NCBI GenBank assembly: GCA_035541935.1
Contig: DATKMJ010000018.1
Coordinates: forward strand, 59,043 to 123,042
Length of the DNA: 64,000 nt
From: Candidatus Binatia bacterium
GTDB lineage: Bacteria; Vulcanimicrobiota; Vulcanimicrobiia; Vulcanimicrobiales; Vulcanimicrobiaceae
Direction: 5' to 3'
Positions 46,631-55,274 of this stretch are shown in pieces. How positions within the stretch are numbered: position 1 is the stretch's first letter; each line of letters opens with the position of its first letter. Under the pieces are notes generated by a model, which saw only the letters and a program-made list of their open reading frames with translations, ran no database searches and was not told the DNA's origin. Both the position numbers and the translations under genes were made by a program.

Positions 46631-47221
46631 ATGGCCCGACCGACGCCCGCGCAGGCTCTCGCCCTCCTCAAGGAGGGCAACGCGCGTTTCGTCGCAGGGA
46701 CGCCCCGCAGCGAGCCGTTCGGCAGCCGGGTCGCCGAGCTGGCGAACGGGCAGAGTCCGTTCGCGATCGTCCTGGGCTGTTCCGACTCGCGCGTACCGAT
46801 CGAGACGATCTTCGATCAGGTGCCGGGCAACGTCTTCGTCGTCCGCGTCGCGGGAAATTTTCTCAACGACGACAACCTCGGCTCGATCGAGTTGGCGGTC
46901 GACGTCCTGCGCGCTCAGCTCATCGTCGTGCTCGGGCACGGCAACTGCGGCGCCGTCACGGCCGCGCTCGGCTACGTACGCGACGGCATCGCGATGCACG
47001 GGCACATTCAAGGCATCGTCTCGGCGATCGCGCCGGCGGTGCGTGCGGCCTCCGACGCTCCCGGCGACTGGCTCGATAACGCGATAGCGGAGAACGTCCG
47101 CCGCAACGTGCGCGCGATGACCGAGCGATCGACGATTATCGCGGCTCCGGTGGAGGCCGGCGACGTGCAGGTGATCGGTGGAATCTACGACGTCGGTACC
47201 GGACGCGTCGCGTTCTCTTAG
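46631..47221 (+). CDS. beta-class carbonic anhydrase
   Basis: Start set at MARPTPAQALALLKEGNARF. Zinc-ligand motifs CSDSR and HGNCGA. Confidence 0.88.
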   Translation: MARPTPAQALALLKEGNARFVAGTPRSEPFGSRVAELANGQSPFAIVLGCSDSRVPIETIFDQVPGNVFVVRVAGNFLNDDNLGSIELAVDVLRAQLIVVLGHGNCGAVTAALGYVRDGIAMHGHIQGIVSAIAPAVRAASDAPGDWLDNAIAENVRRNVRAMTERSTIIAAPVEAGDVQVIGGIYDVGTGRVAFS

Positions 47222-49022
47222 CGGCCGGCTGCAAGCCGCCGTCACGTTCGTCTGCGAACGCCTCTCGCTCGCGGTCGTCGCGGTCGGGACGATCGTCATG
47301 GTGCTCGTCTTCGTGATCGTAGAGATTCACTCGACGCACATCGGATTCTACCCGATCGTCTTCGAGCGCAACGACGATCGCATCGAGGTCATCTCGGGGG
47401 AGTACGCCGGCGGGCTGCAGACCGGCGACCGCATCAACCTCCAGGCGCTGACGCCCGAAGAGCGCTTCTCTCTGATCGGCGGAGCTCCGGTGAACGCGGA
47501 GATCGCGGTGCAGGCATCGCGCGACGGGCGTTCGTTCCCGGTGCGGTTGCGAGCCGGCGCGGCCGATTACTCGCCCCGCGCCAGGCTGACGCGGGACGTC
47601 GGCATTCCGCTGAGCTTCTTCCTCTCGCTCGCGCTGGCCAGCACGCTCTTCTTGATGCGGCCGCGTCCGATCACGCTTGCGTTCTACTTCTACACGATGC
47701 TGATGCTCGTGAAGGTCAATCAGACGTCGCTCGACATCGCGAGTTGGCCGATCAACGTCGTCAGCGATCTGGCGATTCAAGTCGTCTATCCATTGGCGCA
47801 GTTGATGATCCTCATCTTCGCGCAGCGCCTCTACGGCAAACCGAGCCGCGCCTGGCCGTGGATATTCGGCAGCGCGATCGTGCTCTCGGTGTTCGGGTTC
47901 GTCTCGTGGGTCGATCCGACCGTATGGATCGTGACGCTGCGGTACGGCTTCCCGGGGCCGACGACGCTCTTCATGAGCCTCACCGACGTCGCGCTGCTGC
48001 TCGTCGTGCTCTGCGGTCTCGCCTACATCGCATCGGGTGCGACGGCCTTGGATCGCACACGCGTCAGTTGGGTCGTCGCCGGCATCGCCCTCGCTCCGAT
48101 CCTCGATCTCACGTGGGCGCTCGCCAACGGTCTGAGCACGCTGATCGGCAACACCTCATCTGCGCTGCAGGCGGTGCAGCATTGGACCGACGCGCTCGGT
48201 CCGTGGTTCGGCCTCGTCGGCTCGATCTTCGTCGTCTATGGGTTTCTCTCCGAACGCGTCATAGACTTCCGCTTCGCGATCGGTCGCGCCGCGATCTACG
48301 GCGCGGTCACCGCGGTGATGCTCCTCTTCTTCGGCGCCCTCGAATGGTGGGCGCAGCAAATCTTCGAGACCACGCGACCTGCGATCTATCTCAGCCTCGT
48401 CGCAGCGCTGCTGATCGGCGTCACCCTCAACGCGATCCACGGCCGCGTCGAAAACTTCCTCGGCTCGATCCTCTTTCGCGATCAGCGCCGGGCCGAAGAA
48501 GCGTTGCGCCACGCCTCGCGCGCCCTCGCCAACACGTCCTCGGAGAAGACGCTCGTGGAGTTCCTCGTCAACGAGCCCGTCCGCGTACTTGGGCTCACCG
48601 AGGCCGCACTCTTCGTCTCGGACGGCGAGGGCGGGGATTTTCGGCGGCGCGCCGACGTCAATTGGACGCTCGCCGAAGCCGAACGCATCGATGCGGAGGA
48701 TCCTCTCATCGTCGAGCTGCGCGCCGAGTTAGCGCCGATCGCGCTCGACGGGCGCCCCCGCGCGGAGACGATCCTGCCCGGCGGCTCGAAAGCGCCGTCG
48801 CTCGTCGTGCCGCTGATGATGCGCGGCAACGTCTTCGGATTCGTCTTCTACGGAGCGCGCGCGAGTGGGCTGCCGTTTACGCAGGACGAGCGCGCGCTGC
48901 TCGAGAGCATCGCGCGCAGCGCCGCGGCAGCGTTCGATCACATCGATGCGGACCGCTCGCGCGCCCACATCGCCGAACTCGAAGAACGGATTCGCGAGCT
49001 CGGTGGAACCGTCTCCGGCTAA
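47178..49022 (+). CDS. multi-TM membrane protein with a C-terminal GAF domain and no recognisable output domain
   Basis: 614 aa. After the first TM there is a PDZ-like loop (GEYAGGLQTGDRINL), then about 7-8 TM helices, then a GAF-like C-terminus (LGLTEAALFVSDGEGG...VPLMMRGNVFGFVFYG). The start is uncertain because GTG 47178 overlaps the carbonic anhydrase gene by 44 nt. Confidence 0.68.
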   Translation: MESTTSVPDASRSLSGRLQAAVTFVCERLSLAVVAVGTIVMVLVFVIVEIHSTHIGFYPIVFERNDDRIEVISGEYAGGLQTGDRINLQALTPEERFSLIGGAPVNAEIAVQASRDGRSFPVRLRAGAADYSPRARLTRDVGIPLSFFLSLALASTLFLMRPRPITLAFYFYTMLMLVKVNQTSLDIASWPINVVSDLAIQVVYPLAQLMILIFAQRLYGKPSRAWPWIFGSAIVLSVFGFVSWVDPTVWIVTLRYGFPGPTTLFMSLTDVALLLVVLCGLAYIASGATALDRTRVSWVVAGIALAPILDLTWALANGLSTLIGNTSSALQAVQHWTDALGPWFGLVGSIFVVYGFLSERVIDFRFAIGRAAIYGAVTAVMLLFFGALEWWAQQIFETTRPAIYLSLVAALLIGVTLNAIHGRVENFLGSILFRDQRRAEEALRHASRALANTSSEKTLVEFLVNEPVRVLGLTEAALFVSDGEGGDFRRRADVNWTLAEAERIDAEDPLIVELRAELAPIALDGRPRAETILPGGSKAPSLVVPLMMRGNVFGFVFYGARASGLPFTQDERALLESIARSAAAAFDHIDADRSRAHIAELEERIRELGGTVSG

Positions 49023-49720
49023 GCCGTCGCCTTCACCCGGTTCGGATCGACCTTGACGCCGGGCCCCATCGTGCTCGCGAGCGTGACGCTGCGAAGATAG
49101 GTTCCCTTCGAAGCTGACGGCTTCGCGCGAACGATCGCGTCGAGGAGGGTCGTGATGTTCTCGATCAGATGCGCTTCTTCGAAGCTCGCCTTGCCGACGA
49201 TCGTATGGATGATGCCGGTCTTATCGAGACGGAACTCGACCTTACCGGCCTTGATGTCGCGAATCGCGCTTCCGATGTTCGGCGTGACCGTGCCGGCCTT
49301 TGGATTCGGCATCTTCTGCGCGAGGATGCGGCCCAGTTCTTTGCCGACCGCGGCCATCATGTCCGGCGTCGCGACCGCGACGTCGAACTCCGTGAAGCCA
49401 CCCTTGACGCGATCGATGAGGTCCTGGTCGCCGACGACGTCGGCGCCGGCCTCTTGCGCGGCCTTTGCGTTATCCCCCTTGGCGAACGCGATGACGCGAA
49501 CCGTGCGGCCGGTTCCGTGCGGCAGGAGCACCGTGCCGCGGACGTTCTGATCGCTCTTCTTCGGGTCGACGCCGAGACGAACGTGCGCCTCGACCGTCTC
49601 GTTGAACTTCGCGTTGGCGTTCTTCTTTACGAGCGCGATCGCTTCGTTCGTCGAGAAGAGTTTGCGGCGATCGAAGTCGGCGACGAGCGCCTTGAATCGC
49701 TTTCCGTGATGTTGCGGCAT
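49019..49720 (-). CDS. rplA: 50S ribosomal protein L1
   Basis: 233 aa with typical L1 sequence ([20 protein letters not shown]). Confidence 0.95.
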   Translation of the reverse strand: MPQHHGKRFKALVADFDRRKLFSTNEAIALVKKNANAKFNETVEAHVRLGVDPKKSDQNVRGTVLLPHGTGRTVRVIAFAKGDNAKAAQEAGADVVGDQDLIDRVKGGFTEFDVAVATPDMMAAVGKELGRILAQKMPNPKAGTVTPNIGSAIRDIKAGKVEFRLDKTGIIHTIVGKASFEEAHLIENITTLLDAIVRAKPSASKGTYLRSVTLASTMGPGVKVDPNRVKATA

Positions 49721-49721
49721 C

Positions 49722-50147
49722 TTACGCCTCCGTCTCGACGCCCATCGAGCGCGCCGTCCCCGCGACGATCTTCTTCGCCGCGTCGATGTCGTTCGCGTTG
49801 ATGTCGGGCATCTTCACCTTGGCGATATCCTCGAGCTGCTTCTGCGTCAGTTTGCCGACTTTGTTGCGGTTCGGCTCCTTGCTGCCCGACTCGATCTTCA
49901 ACGCCTGCTTGATGAGGAACGACGCCGGCGGCGTCTTCGTGATGAACGAGAACGTCCGGTCCTCGAAGACGGTGATCTCGACGGGGATGATCATGCCCGA
50001 CTGCGAGGCAGTGCGTTCGTTGTACTGCTTGCAGAAATCCATGATGTTGAGCGAGTAGGGCCCGAGTGCCGGGCCGATCGGCGGCGCGGGGGTCGCTTTG
50101 CCTGCCGGAATCTGTAGGCCGATCTTGCCTACGACCTTCTTAGCCAT
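49722..50147 (-). CDS. rplK: 50S ribosomal protein L11
   Basis: Start set at [29 protein letters not shown]. Confidence 0.95.
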   Translation of the reverse strand: MAKKVVGKIGLQIPAGKATPAPPIGPALGPYSLNIMDFCKQYNERTASQSGMIIPVEITVFEDRTFSFITKTPPASFLIKQALKIESGSKEPNRNKVGKLTQKQLEDIAKVKMPDINANDIDAAKKIVAGTARSMGVETEA

Positions 50148-50159
50148 TTGAACGTCCTT

Positions 50160-50353
50160 TCGTTCGAAGCGTCTCAGTCGCATTCGAACTCGGACACATT
50201 CGTCGCGCGACATCCTGTCGCGCTTCTATCGGCTGCCTCGCGCCTCTCGCAATCCTGCTCCGGCGCTCGGTCAGACGGTCCTCGTTCGAAGCGACCATCG
50301 CCGCTTCTCCCCCATTTTGATATCGGCTTCGAACGCCGGGGTCTGCGTTCGAC
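50160..50353. repeat. cluster of TTCGAA-centred motifs in the nusG-rplK spacer
   Basis: TTCGAA at 50163, 50183, 50285 and 50328, plus TTCGAC at 50348. Exact 12-mer TCGTTCGAAGCG at 50160..50171 and 50282..50293. An 8-bp hairpin pairs 50329..50336 with 50345..50352. Confidence 0.5.
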
Positions 50354-50368
50354 CGATTACTTGTTTGC

Positions 50369-51103
50369 TTAGACTTTTTCTACCTGGAAGAATTCGAGCT
50401 CGACCGGGGTTTCGCGGCCGAAGATCGAGATGAGCGCGCGCAGGCGCTCCTTCTCCGGCGCGATCTCGTCGACGACGCCGGTGAAATCGAAGAACGGCCC
50501 CGACGTCACCTTGACGCGGTCGCCCTTCTTGAAGTCGATCTTGAGCTTCGGCGCCTCGATGCCCATCTGCTTGAGGATCGTCTTCACTTCTTTGTCTTGC
50601 AGCGGCACCGGCTTCTCGCCCGGGCCCGGGCTGCCGACGAAGCCCGTGACGCCCTGCGTGTTGCGCACGACGTACCAGGATTGATCGTCCATGATCATCT
50701 CGACGAGCACGTAACCGGGGAAGACTTTCTTCGGCGTGATCTTACGCTTGCCGTCTTTAAACTCGACTTCGTCCTCCATCGGGACGAGTACGCGGAAGAT
50801 CTTGTCTTGCATGCCCATCGAATGGATGCGCCGCTCGAGGTTCGCCTTCACCTTATTCTCGTAACCCGAGTAGGTGTGGACGACGAACCAGTTGCGGTTG
50901 TCCTTCGGCTTCGGCTGTGCGCTTTCGTCGGCGACCGGCTCCTCGGCGAGCGGCTCGTCGGCGAGCGTCTCCTCGGCGAGCGCCTCCTCCGCGGGCGACT
51001 CGACGGCGACGGCGCCCTCGGGGTCGCCCATCTCCGCGTCGTCGACGATCTGCTCCTCGACGGCGGGCTCGGGGCCGAACTCTTGATGTTCGATATCGTA
51101 CAT
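50369..51103 (-). CDS. nusG: transcription termination/antitermination factor NusG with an acidic N-terminal extension
   Basis: NGN domain (NWFVVHTYSGYENKV) and KOW domain (GDRVKVTSGPFFDFTGVV), preceded by about 70 acidic residues. Confidence 0.92.
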   Translation of the reverse strand: MYDIEHQEFGPEPAVEEQIVDDAEMGDPEGAVAVESPAEEALAEETLADEPLAEEPVADESAQPKPKDNRNWFVVHTYSGYENKVKANLERRIHSMGMQDKIFRVLVPMEDEVEFKDGKRKITPKKVFPGYVLVEMIMDDQSWYVVRNTQGVTGFVGSPGPGEKPVPLQDKEVKTILKQMGIEAPKLKIDFKKGDRVKVTSGPFFDFTGVVDEIAPEKERLRALISIFGRETPVELEFFQVEKV

Positions 51104-51111
51104 GATGAGCG

Positions 51112-51345
51112 TTACTGCGGTATCTGCGTGGCCGGATGGATCACGTTGAAGAACCAGCCGAAGAGTTGGTCGAGAACGAACGTGAAGAGGCCGATGCTAA
51201 CGACGAGCACGACCGTCAGGATCGTGGCCGAGATCCACTCTTCTCGAGTCGGCCACGTGACGCGACGAAGCTCCGCGATGACTCCGCGGATAAAGTCGCC
51301 TCCCGCGATTGACTGGGCCGATCTCTTCTGCTGTTCGTTCACCAA
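51112..51345 (-). CDS. secE: preprotein translocase subunit SecE
   Basis: 77 aa with a single C-terminal TM segment and the RRVTWPTREE motif. The position upstream of nusG fits. Confidence 0.85.
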   Translation of the reverse strand: MVNEQQKRSAQSIAGGDFIRGVIAELRRVTWPTREEWISATILTVVLVVSIGLFTFVLDQLFGWFFNVIHPATQIPQ

Positions 51346-51387
51346 AGATTCACCTTAAACTATCGTCACCCTGAGCTTGTCGGAGGG

Positions 51388-51463
51388 TGGCAGGGCGGAC
51401 AGGACTCGAACCTGCAACAACTGGTTTTGGAGACCAGGACTCTACCAATTGAGCTACCGCCCT
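51388..51463 (-). tRNA. tRNA-Trp (CCA)
   Basis: Hand-folded. Anticodon arm CTGGT-CTCCAAA-ACCAG, T-arm GCAGG-TTCGAGT-CCTGT, encoded CCA. Confidence 0.92.
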
Positions 51464-51626
51464 ATCGGGTCTCCCTATGAGGCTTTTGGCAGCGGCAGAA
51501 GCGGCAGTACTTGCTCAGCTCGAGCCGGTCCGTGGTCTTTTGCTTGTTCTTCTGCGTGTTGTAGTTGCGGCGTTTGCACTCCGTGCAGGCCAGCACCACC
51601 ATCACGCGCGTCTCTTTCTTTGCCAT
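51462..51626 (-). CDS. rpmG: 50S ribosomal protein L33
   Basis: Start set at [22 protein letters not shown]. Two CxxC zinc-ribbon pairs. Confidence 0.88.
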   Translation of the reverse strand: MAKKETRVMVVLACTECKRRNYNTQKNKQKTTDRLELSKYCRFCRCQKPHRETR

Positions 51627-51644
51627 CCGTAGTCTACCACAACA

Positions 51645-51670
51645 TGAATAAAACGGACCTGCGGTCCGTT
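51645..51670 (-). terminator. terminator-like hairpin upstream of rpmG
   Basis: Minus strand: AACGGACC-GCA-GGUCCGUU followed by UUAUUCAU. It lies only about 20 nt before the rpmG start. Confidence 0.35.
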
Positions 51671-51796
51671 CCAAAGACCTATGCTAACACATGCCGAGCC
51701 CGCCCGCAACGCCCCGCGTCGCGAGGGCAAGCAGGCGGGCCCTCCTTTGTGGGTTTAGCGCGAAGACCGTGCCGATGCGCTATTGCCGGGCGTCAC

Positions 51797-51874
51797 TGGT
51801 GCGCCCGGCCAGAATCGAACTGGCAACCTTGGGCTTAGGAGTCCCCTGCTCTATCCAGTTTGAGCTACGGGCGC
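51797..51874 (-). tRNA. tRNA-Arg (CCT), weak anticodon stem
   Basis: Good acceptor (GCGCCCG/CGGGCGC), D-arm and T-arm (GCCAG-TTCGATT-CTGGC); loop CTCCTAA. The anticodon stem GGGGA/GCCCA has only three Watson-Crick pairs. Confidence 0.6.
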
Positions 51875-51928
51875 ACGCTCGGCGCGATTACCAAGCCATG
51901 CCATTCTACGCCTACTCGCCCTTGCCCG

Positions 51929-51968
51929 CAAAAAAGATTCTGCCGGAGTGCATGCTCCGGCAGAATCT
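51929..51968 (-). terminator. strong intrinsic terminator
   Basis: 14-bp perfect stem (AGATTCTGCCGGAG / CTCCGGCAGAATCT) with a 6-nt loop. A run of 6 T follows on the minus strand. Confidence 0.7.
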
Positions 51969-51991
51969 GGATCTCGGGACGAAGCGCGAGC

Positions 51992-52204
51992 CTAGGGCGT
52001 CGCGGAGGGTACGGGAGACGGCTGCTGTTTCTTCTTCTTTTTCTTTTTTGCTTTGGGCGTCGCGGTCGCCATCGGCATCGGCGAGTGCATCGGCGCCATC
52101 TGCGGCGTTGCAGGAGCCGGCGGCGCCGTCTGCGCGAGCGCGGGCAGCGTGAGTGCGAACGCGAGCGCGGCGAGCATGCCGACGAGTCGCGAGATGCGTA
52201 ACAT
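51992..52204 (-). CDS. small secreted Met/His/Pro-rich peptide with a Lys7 tract (70 aa)
   Basis: ATG 52204 is preceded by GGAGG (52217..52213). Signal peptide MLRISRLVGMLAALAFALTLPALA. A strong terminator follows. Confidence 0.55.
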   Translation of the reverse strand: MLRISRLVGMLAALAFALTLPALAQTAPPAPATPQMAPMHSPMPMATATPKAKKKKKKKQQPSPVPSATP

Positions 52205-52233
52205 GTATGAAGCCTCCTGACGGGGTGGGTTAG

Positions 52234-52656
52234 TTAGGTATAGACGGCAACGGCGAGCGCACCTGCCACGGCGACGATGTCCTCGAGCACGGCCGCCGGA
52301 ATCCAGCCGATCGCCGCGATCGCCTCGAGCCGGGCAGCCAGACCGACGTACGATCCGACGAACGCGCCGAAGAGGCCGATCAGCGCCCCATACATTGCCG
52401 ACGTCCCGGCCGCCGTCGTCACCGCCCAGCCGCAGAACGCCCCGCTGCATAAGCGTACGATCAACCCGCCGCCGGAGGTGCGCGCGGGAGCCTTGGGATA
52501 GAGGTCTGCCGCGATCTCGAGGAGCGCGAAGGCGCCGAGCGCGTATGCGGCGGGCGTCCGGTAGCGAACGAGCCAGAAGACGGCCGGCGCGGCAAACGTG
52601 CGCAAACCCGCAACCACGCCAAGAATTAACGCCCCGACGTACGATCCCGGCAGCAT
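52234..52656 (-). CDS. DUF4126-like membrane protein
   Basis: Start set at MLPGSYVGALILGVVAGLRTFAAPA. Four hydrophobic helices, Gly/Ala-rich. Confidence 0.6.
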   Translation of the reverse strand: MLPGSYVGALILGVVAGLRTFAAPAVFWLVRYRTPAAYALGAFALLEIAADLYPKAPARTSGGGLIVRLCSGAFCGWAVTTAAGTSAMYGALIGLFGAFVGSYVGLAARLEAIAAIGWIPAAVLEDIVAVAGALAVAVYT

Positions 52657-52729
52657 CGAACGACGTTTCCCGGTGCGGGCGGAAAAGCCCGTCGGCAACC
52701 GTTTGACCTCCGCCCGCGTCTTAGGCGAC

Positions 52730-53374
52730 ATGAAAAACGTCACTGAAGTGCAGCGCCGGCCCTCGCCCGGAGGACGTCCGCAGCCCCTCGCCGTCTACGA
52801 AGACCGCCTTTGGGTCGGAGCGTGGGAGACCGACCACATCTATGCGATCGACACGAAGGCCTGGTCCTTCGAGAAGAGCGTGCCGGCTCCGGGAAAACCC
52901 TACGGCATCGCGCGCTTTGGTTCGGGCCTCATGACCGTGGTCTCGCTCGGCGAGGACGACGATCGCTACTTCTATCGCTACGATTCCGCCGGTGGCTTCG
53001 ATCCCTCGAGCAAGGTCGCGTGCCCCGACTTCACGGGATCGCATCTCGCCGCCGACGGTTCGACCCTCTATCTCTGTCAACAGGGGAAGCGTCAAATTCT
53101 CACCCTCGACGCCAACCTGGCCATTGCGCGAACGATCGCCCTGCCGACTCGCTGCGGCGGCTTTGCGTTCGGTCCCGGCGGCGACTGCTACATGATCACC
53201 GCCGACGCGGAGTTCGAGAATCTCGAGTTCGCGCGCTTCGATCTGCGGGCGGCCGAGCCAAAGCCGGAGCCGATCGCCGCGGTGCCGTTCGACGCGCGCG
53301 GGCTGACGTTCGACGGAACGGCCTGGTGGACGTGCCACCGTGAAGAGAATCAGATCGTCGCGTTTACCGTCTAG
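52730..53374 (+). CDS. hypothetical beta-propeller-like protein
   Basis: Start set at MKNVTEVQRRPSPGG. Repeated strand-like segments (LWVGAWETDHIYAID, LYLCQQGKRQILTLD, AWWTCHREENQIVAF). Confidence 0.5.
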   Translation: MKNVTEVQRRPSPGGRPQPLAVYEDRLWVGAWETDHIYAIDTKAWSFEKSVPAPGKPYGIARFGSGLMTVVSLGEDDDRYFYRYDSAGGFDPSSKVACPDFTGSHLAADGSTLYLCQQGKRQILTLDANLAIARTIALPTRCGGFAFGPGGDCYMITADAEFENLEFARFDLRAAEPKPEPIAAVPFDARGLTFDGTAWWTCHREENQIVAFTV

Positions 53375-53377
53375 TTA

Positions 53378-54292
53378 TTACTTCGTCGCTTCCTGCATGA
53401 TCTGCTGAAGGTCGAAGCCGCGCTTGATCGGATAGAGCAGACTGAAGATAACGCGCAGATTCGTCTGCGGCGAGTAGAGCGGCTTTTGAACGTAACTGTA
53501 GTAGAGGACGCCGATCTGCACCGGCTGGTCGCCCATCTTGAACGTCTTCGAACCGCCGCCGCCGATCGGCACCGCCCACTTTTGATTGCCCGGCGCGGCG
53601 TAGTTCACGGCGATCAGCGGCGCAGTCGTGAGCGCCCATCCGCCCGGGATGTTGTAGTTGAAGAACGGCTGGAAGAGCCCCGAGTTGACGTCCGGCCGGC
53701 TCGCCTTCCCGGCGAACGACCAGAGTTGCGTCACGAGCATCCCCATCACCCAGCGACCGGGCATCACAAGAGCGACCGCCGCCGGCCCGGCCGACCACTT
53801 GCCGGTGCCGAGCGTATCGGGCGAAGCAACCGGAATCTGAAAGATCGGGCCCGCGCCCCAGATCAGCGCGCCCGGCGCCGTTTTCGGGGCGAAGTACAGC
53901 TGCTCCTGAACGTCGCCGACTCCGTTGGTCGCCCCACATCCGAAACGCGCGCAGTATTCGGGCGGAGCATTCGATGGGTTGCTGACGATCGGGATAATCG
54001 TCCGCGCGATCAGCGTCGTGCTTTTGCTGAGCATGATCGGCACGACCGGCTGAACGTTGAGGTTGTATTGATACCGCGCGTACGGCCCCACGCCGTAGTT
54101 CCCGTTGTTCTGCAGAGGCACGACCGCGATGTTACCGACCGGATTCTGCGATGCCTTAATGATCGCTTGTTGCACGGCTTCTTGCTGAGCGGGCGTTAAC
54201 TTGCTCATATCGAAGCCGCCGGCAGCGGGCGAGGGGGATGGCGAAGGCGTGGGTTGCACCGCGAGGAGCGCGGCAAGAATTGCTGCGAGCAT
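53378..54292 (-). CDS. putative outer-membrane beta-barrel protein
   Basis: 304 aa with a hydrophobic N-terminus and alternating-residue strands rich in Gly/aromatic turns (LIWGAGPIFQIPVAS, KWSAGPAAVALVMPGRWVMGMLVTQLWSFAG, FFNYNIPGGWALTTAPLIAVNY). The family is not identified. Confidence 0.55.
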   Translation of the reverse strand: MLAAILAALLAVQPTPSPSPSPAAGGFDMSKLTPAQQEAVQQAIIKASQNPVGNIAVVPLQNNGNYGVGPYARYQYNLNVQPVVPIMLSKSTTLIARTIIPIVSNPSNAPPEYCARFGCGATNGVGDVQEQLYFAPKTAPGALIWGAGPIFQIPVASPDTLGTGKWSAGPAAVALVMPGRWVMGMLVTQLWSFAGKASRPDVNSGLFQPFFNYNIPGGWALTTAPLIAVNYAAPGNQKWAVPIGGGGSKTFKMGDQPVQIGVLYYSYVQKPLYSPQTNLRVIFSLLYPIKRGFDLQQIMQEATK

Positions 54293-54301
54293 CGCCGCCT
54301 G

Positions 54302-55273
54302 TTACGACTTGCGGCGAATCTTTCCCGTCTTGACGACCTCGAAGGCAGTGTTCGGAATGTCTTTGAGCTGATCGAGGTCGGCGTCGTTCCAACATTTCGA
54401 CGCCTTGCCTCCCTCGCCGGCGAAGTACCAGTTCGAGCCGTTCTGCGCGACGAACATGCCGTACTTCTTCATCGCGACCGCGATGACGCGCGCTTGCCCC
54501 GTGATGCCGGATATGTCGTAGGAAGCCTTGAGCCGAAACCGCAGGCCCATCGGGGGCAGATCCTCTTGGCGGCTGTCGCTCGCGTAATGCGTGGCGGGGT
54601 GGATGTAGCCTTCCTGCGTCTCGTCGAAGGTCACTTGCAGCGCGTGGTCGATCTCACCGGCCTTGACTTCCGCGCACTTGACGAGCGCGGGAATGATCGG
54701 AAGCCCCGCCGCGTCGGCCGACGTCCAACCGTTGGGACGCAACTTATTCGTATCGAGCGGGAAGATCGCGCCCGAGCCGGCGCGCCAACTCTTACCGCCG
54801 TCGATCGGATACGCGTCGAACATCTCGTAGAGCTTACAGACGCCCTGTTGCAGGACGAGGACGTGCCGATCTCCGTGCGAGTGGCGGCCGCCCTCGATCT
54901 GCGCGTCGGGCGGAATCGGATATGGACCTTTGTTGCTCTGCGACTTGTAGTGAAAGCGCACTGGCACTTTCTTCTGGTCGGCCGGCACGATCTCGAACGG
55001 GAATCCCCAATGCGGGTTGCTCCCGAAATCGGGGTGAAGATTGCCGGGCAGCGCGGCGATATACGCGTCGGAGTTCGGATCGAGCGGGTAGTTCGATATG
55101 TCGGCGTTCCACCAGTTGTTCGCGGGGAAGATCCGGCAGCCGCCGACTTCGGGCACCGCCGGCGAGATGCGCGCGCTCGCGGCGCTCGTTCCTCCCGGCG
55201 CGACCGGCAGACTCGTGCGCGCGCAGGCCGCCAGCAGCAGGGCGGCGGCGAACCCGCGGATTCTCGCTCTCAC
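54302..55273 (-). CDS. lipoprotein of unknown function (tandem paralog 1)
   Basis: Lipobox LLAAC. Roughly 80 percent identical by eye to the upstream paralog. Conserved blocks NWWN.DISNYPLDPNSD, DRHVLVLQQGVCKLYEM, GWTSADAAGLPI and HPATHYASDS. Confidence 0.7.
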   Translation of the reverse strand: MRARIRGFAAALLLAACARTSLPVAPGGTSAASARISPAVPEVGGCRIFPANNWWNADISNYPLDPNSDAYIAALPGNLHPDFGSNPHWGFPFEIVPADQKKVPVRFHYKSQSNKGPYPIPPDAQIEGGRHSHGDRHVLVLQQGVCKLYEMFDAYPIDGGKSWRAGSGAIFPLDTNKLRPNGWTSADAAGLPIIPALVKCAEVKAGEIDHALQVTFDETQEGYIHPATHYASDSRQEDLPPMGLRFRLKASYDISGITGQARVIAVAMKKYGMFVAQNGSNWYFAGEGGKASKCWNDADLDQLKDIPNTAFEVVKTGKIRRKS

Positions 55274-55274
55274 C

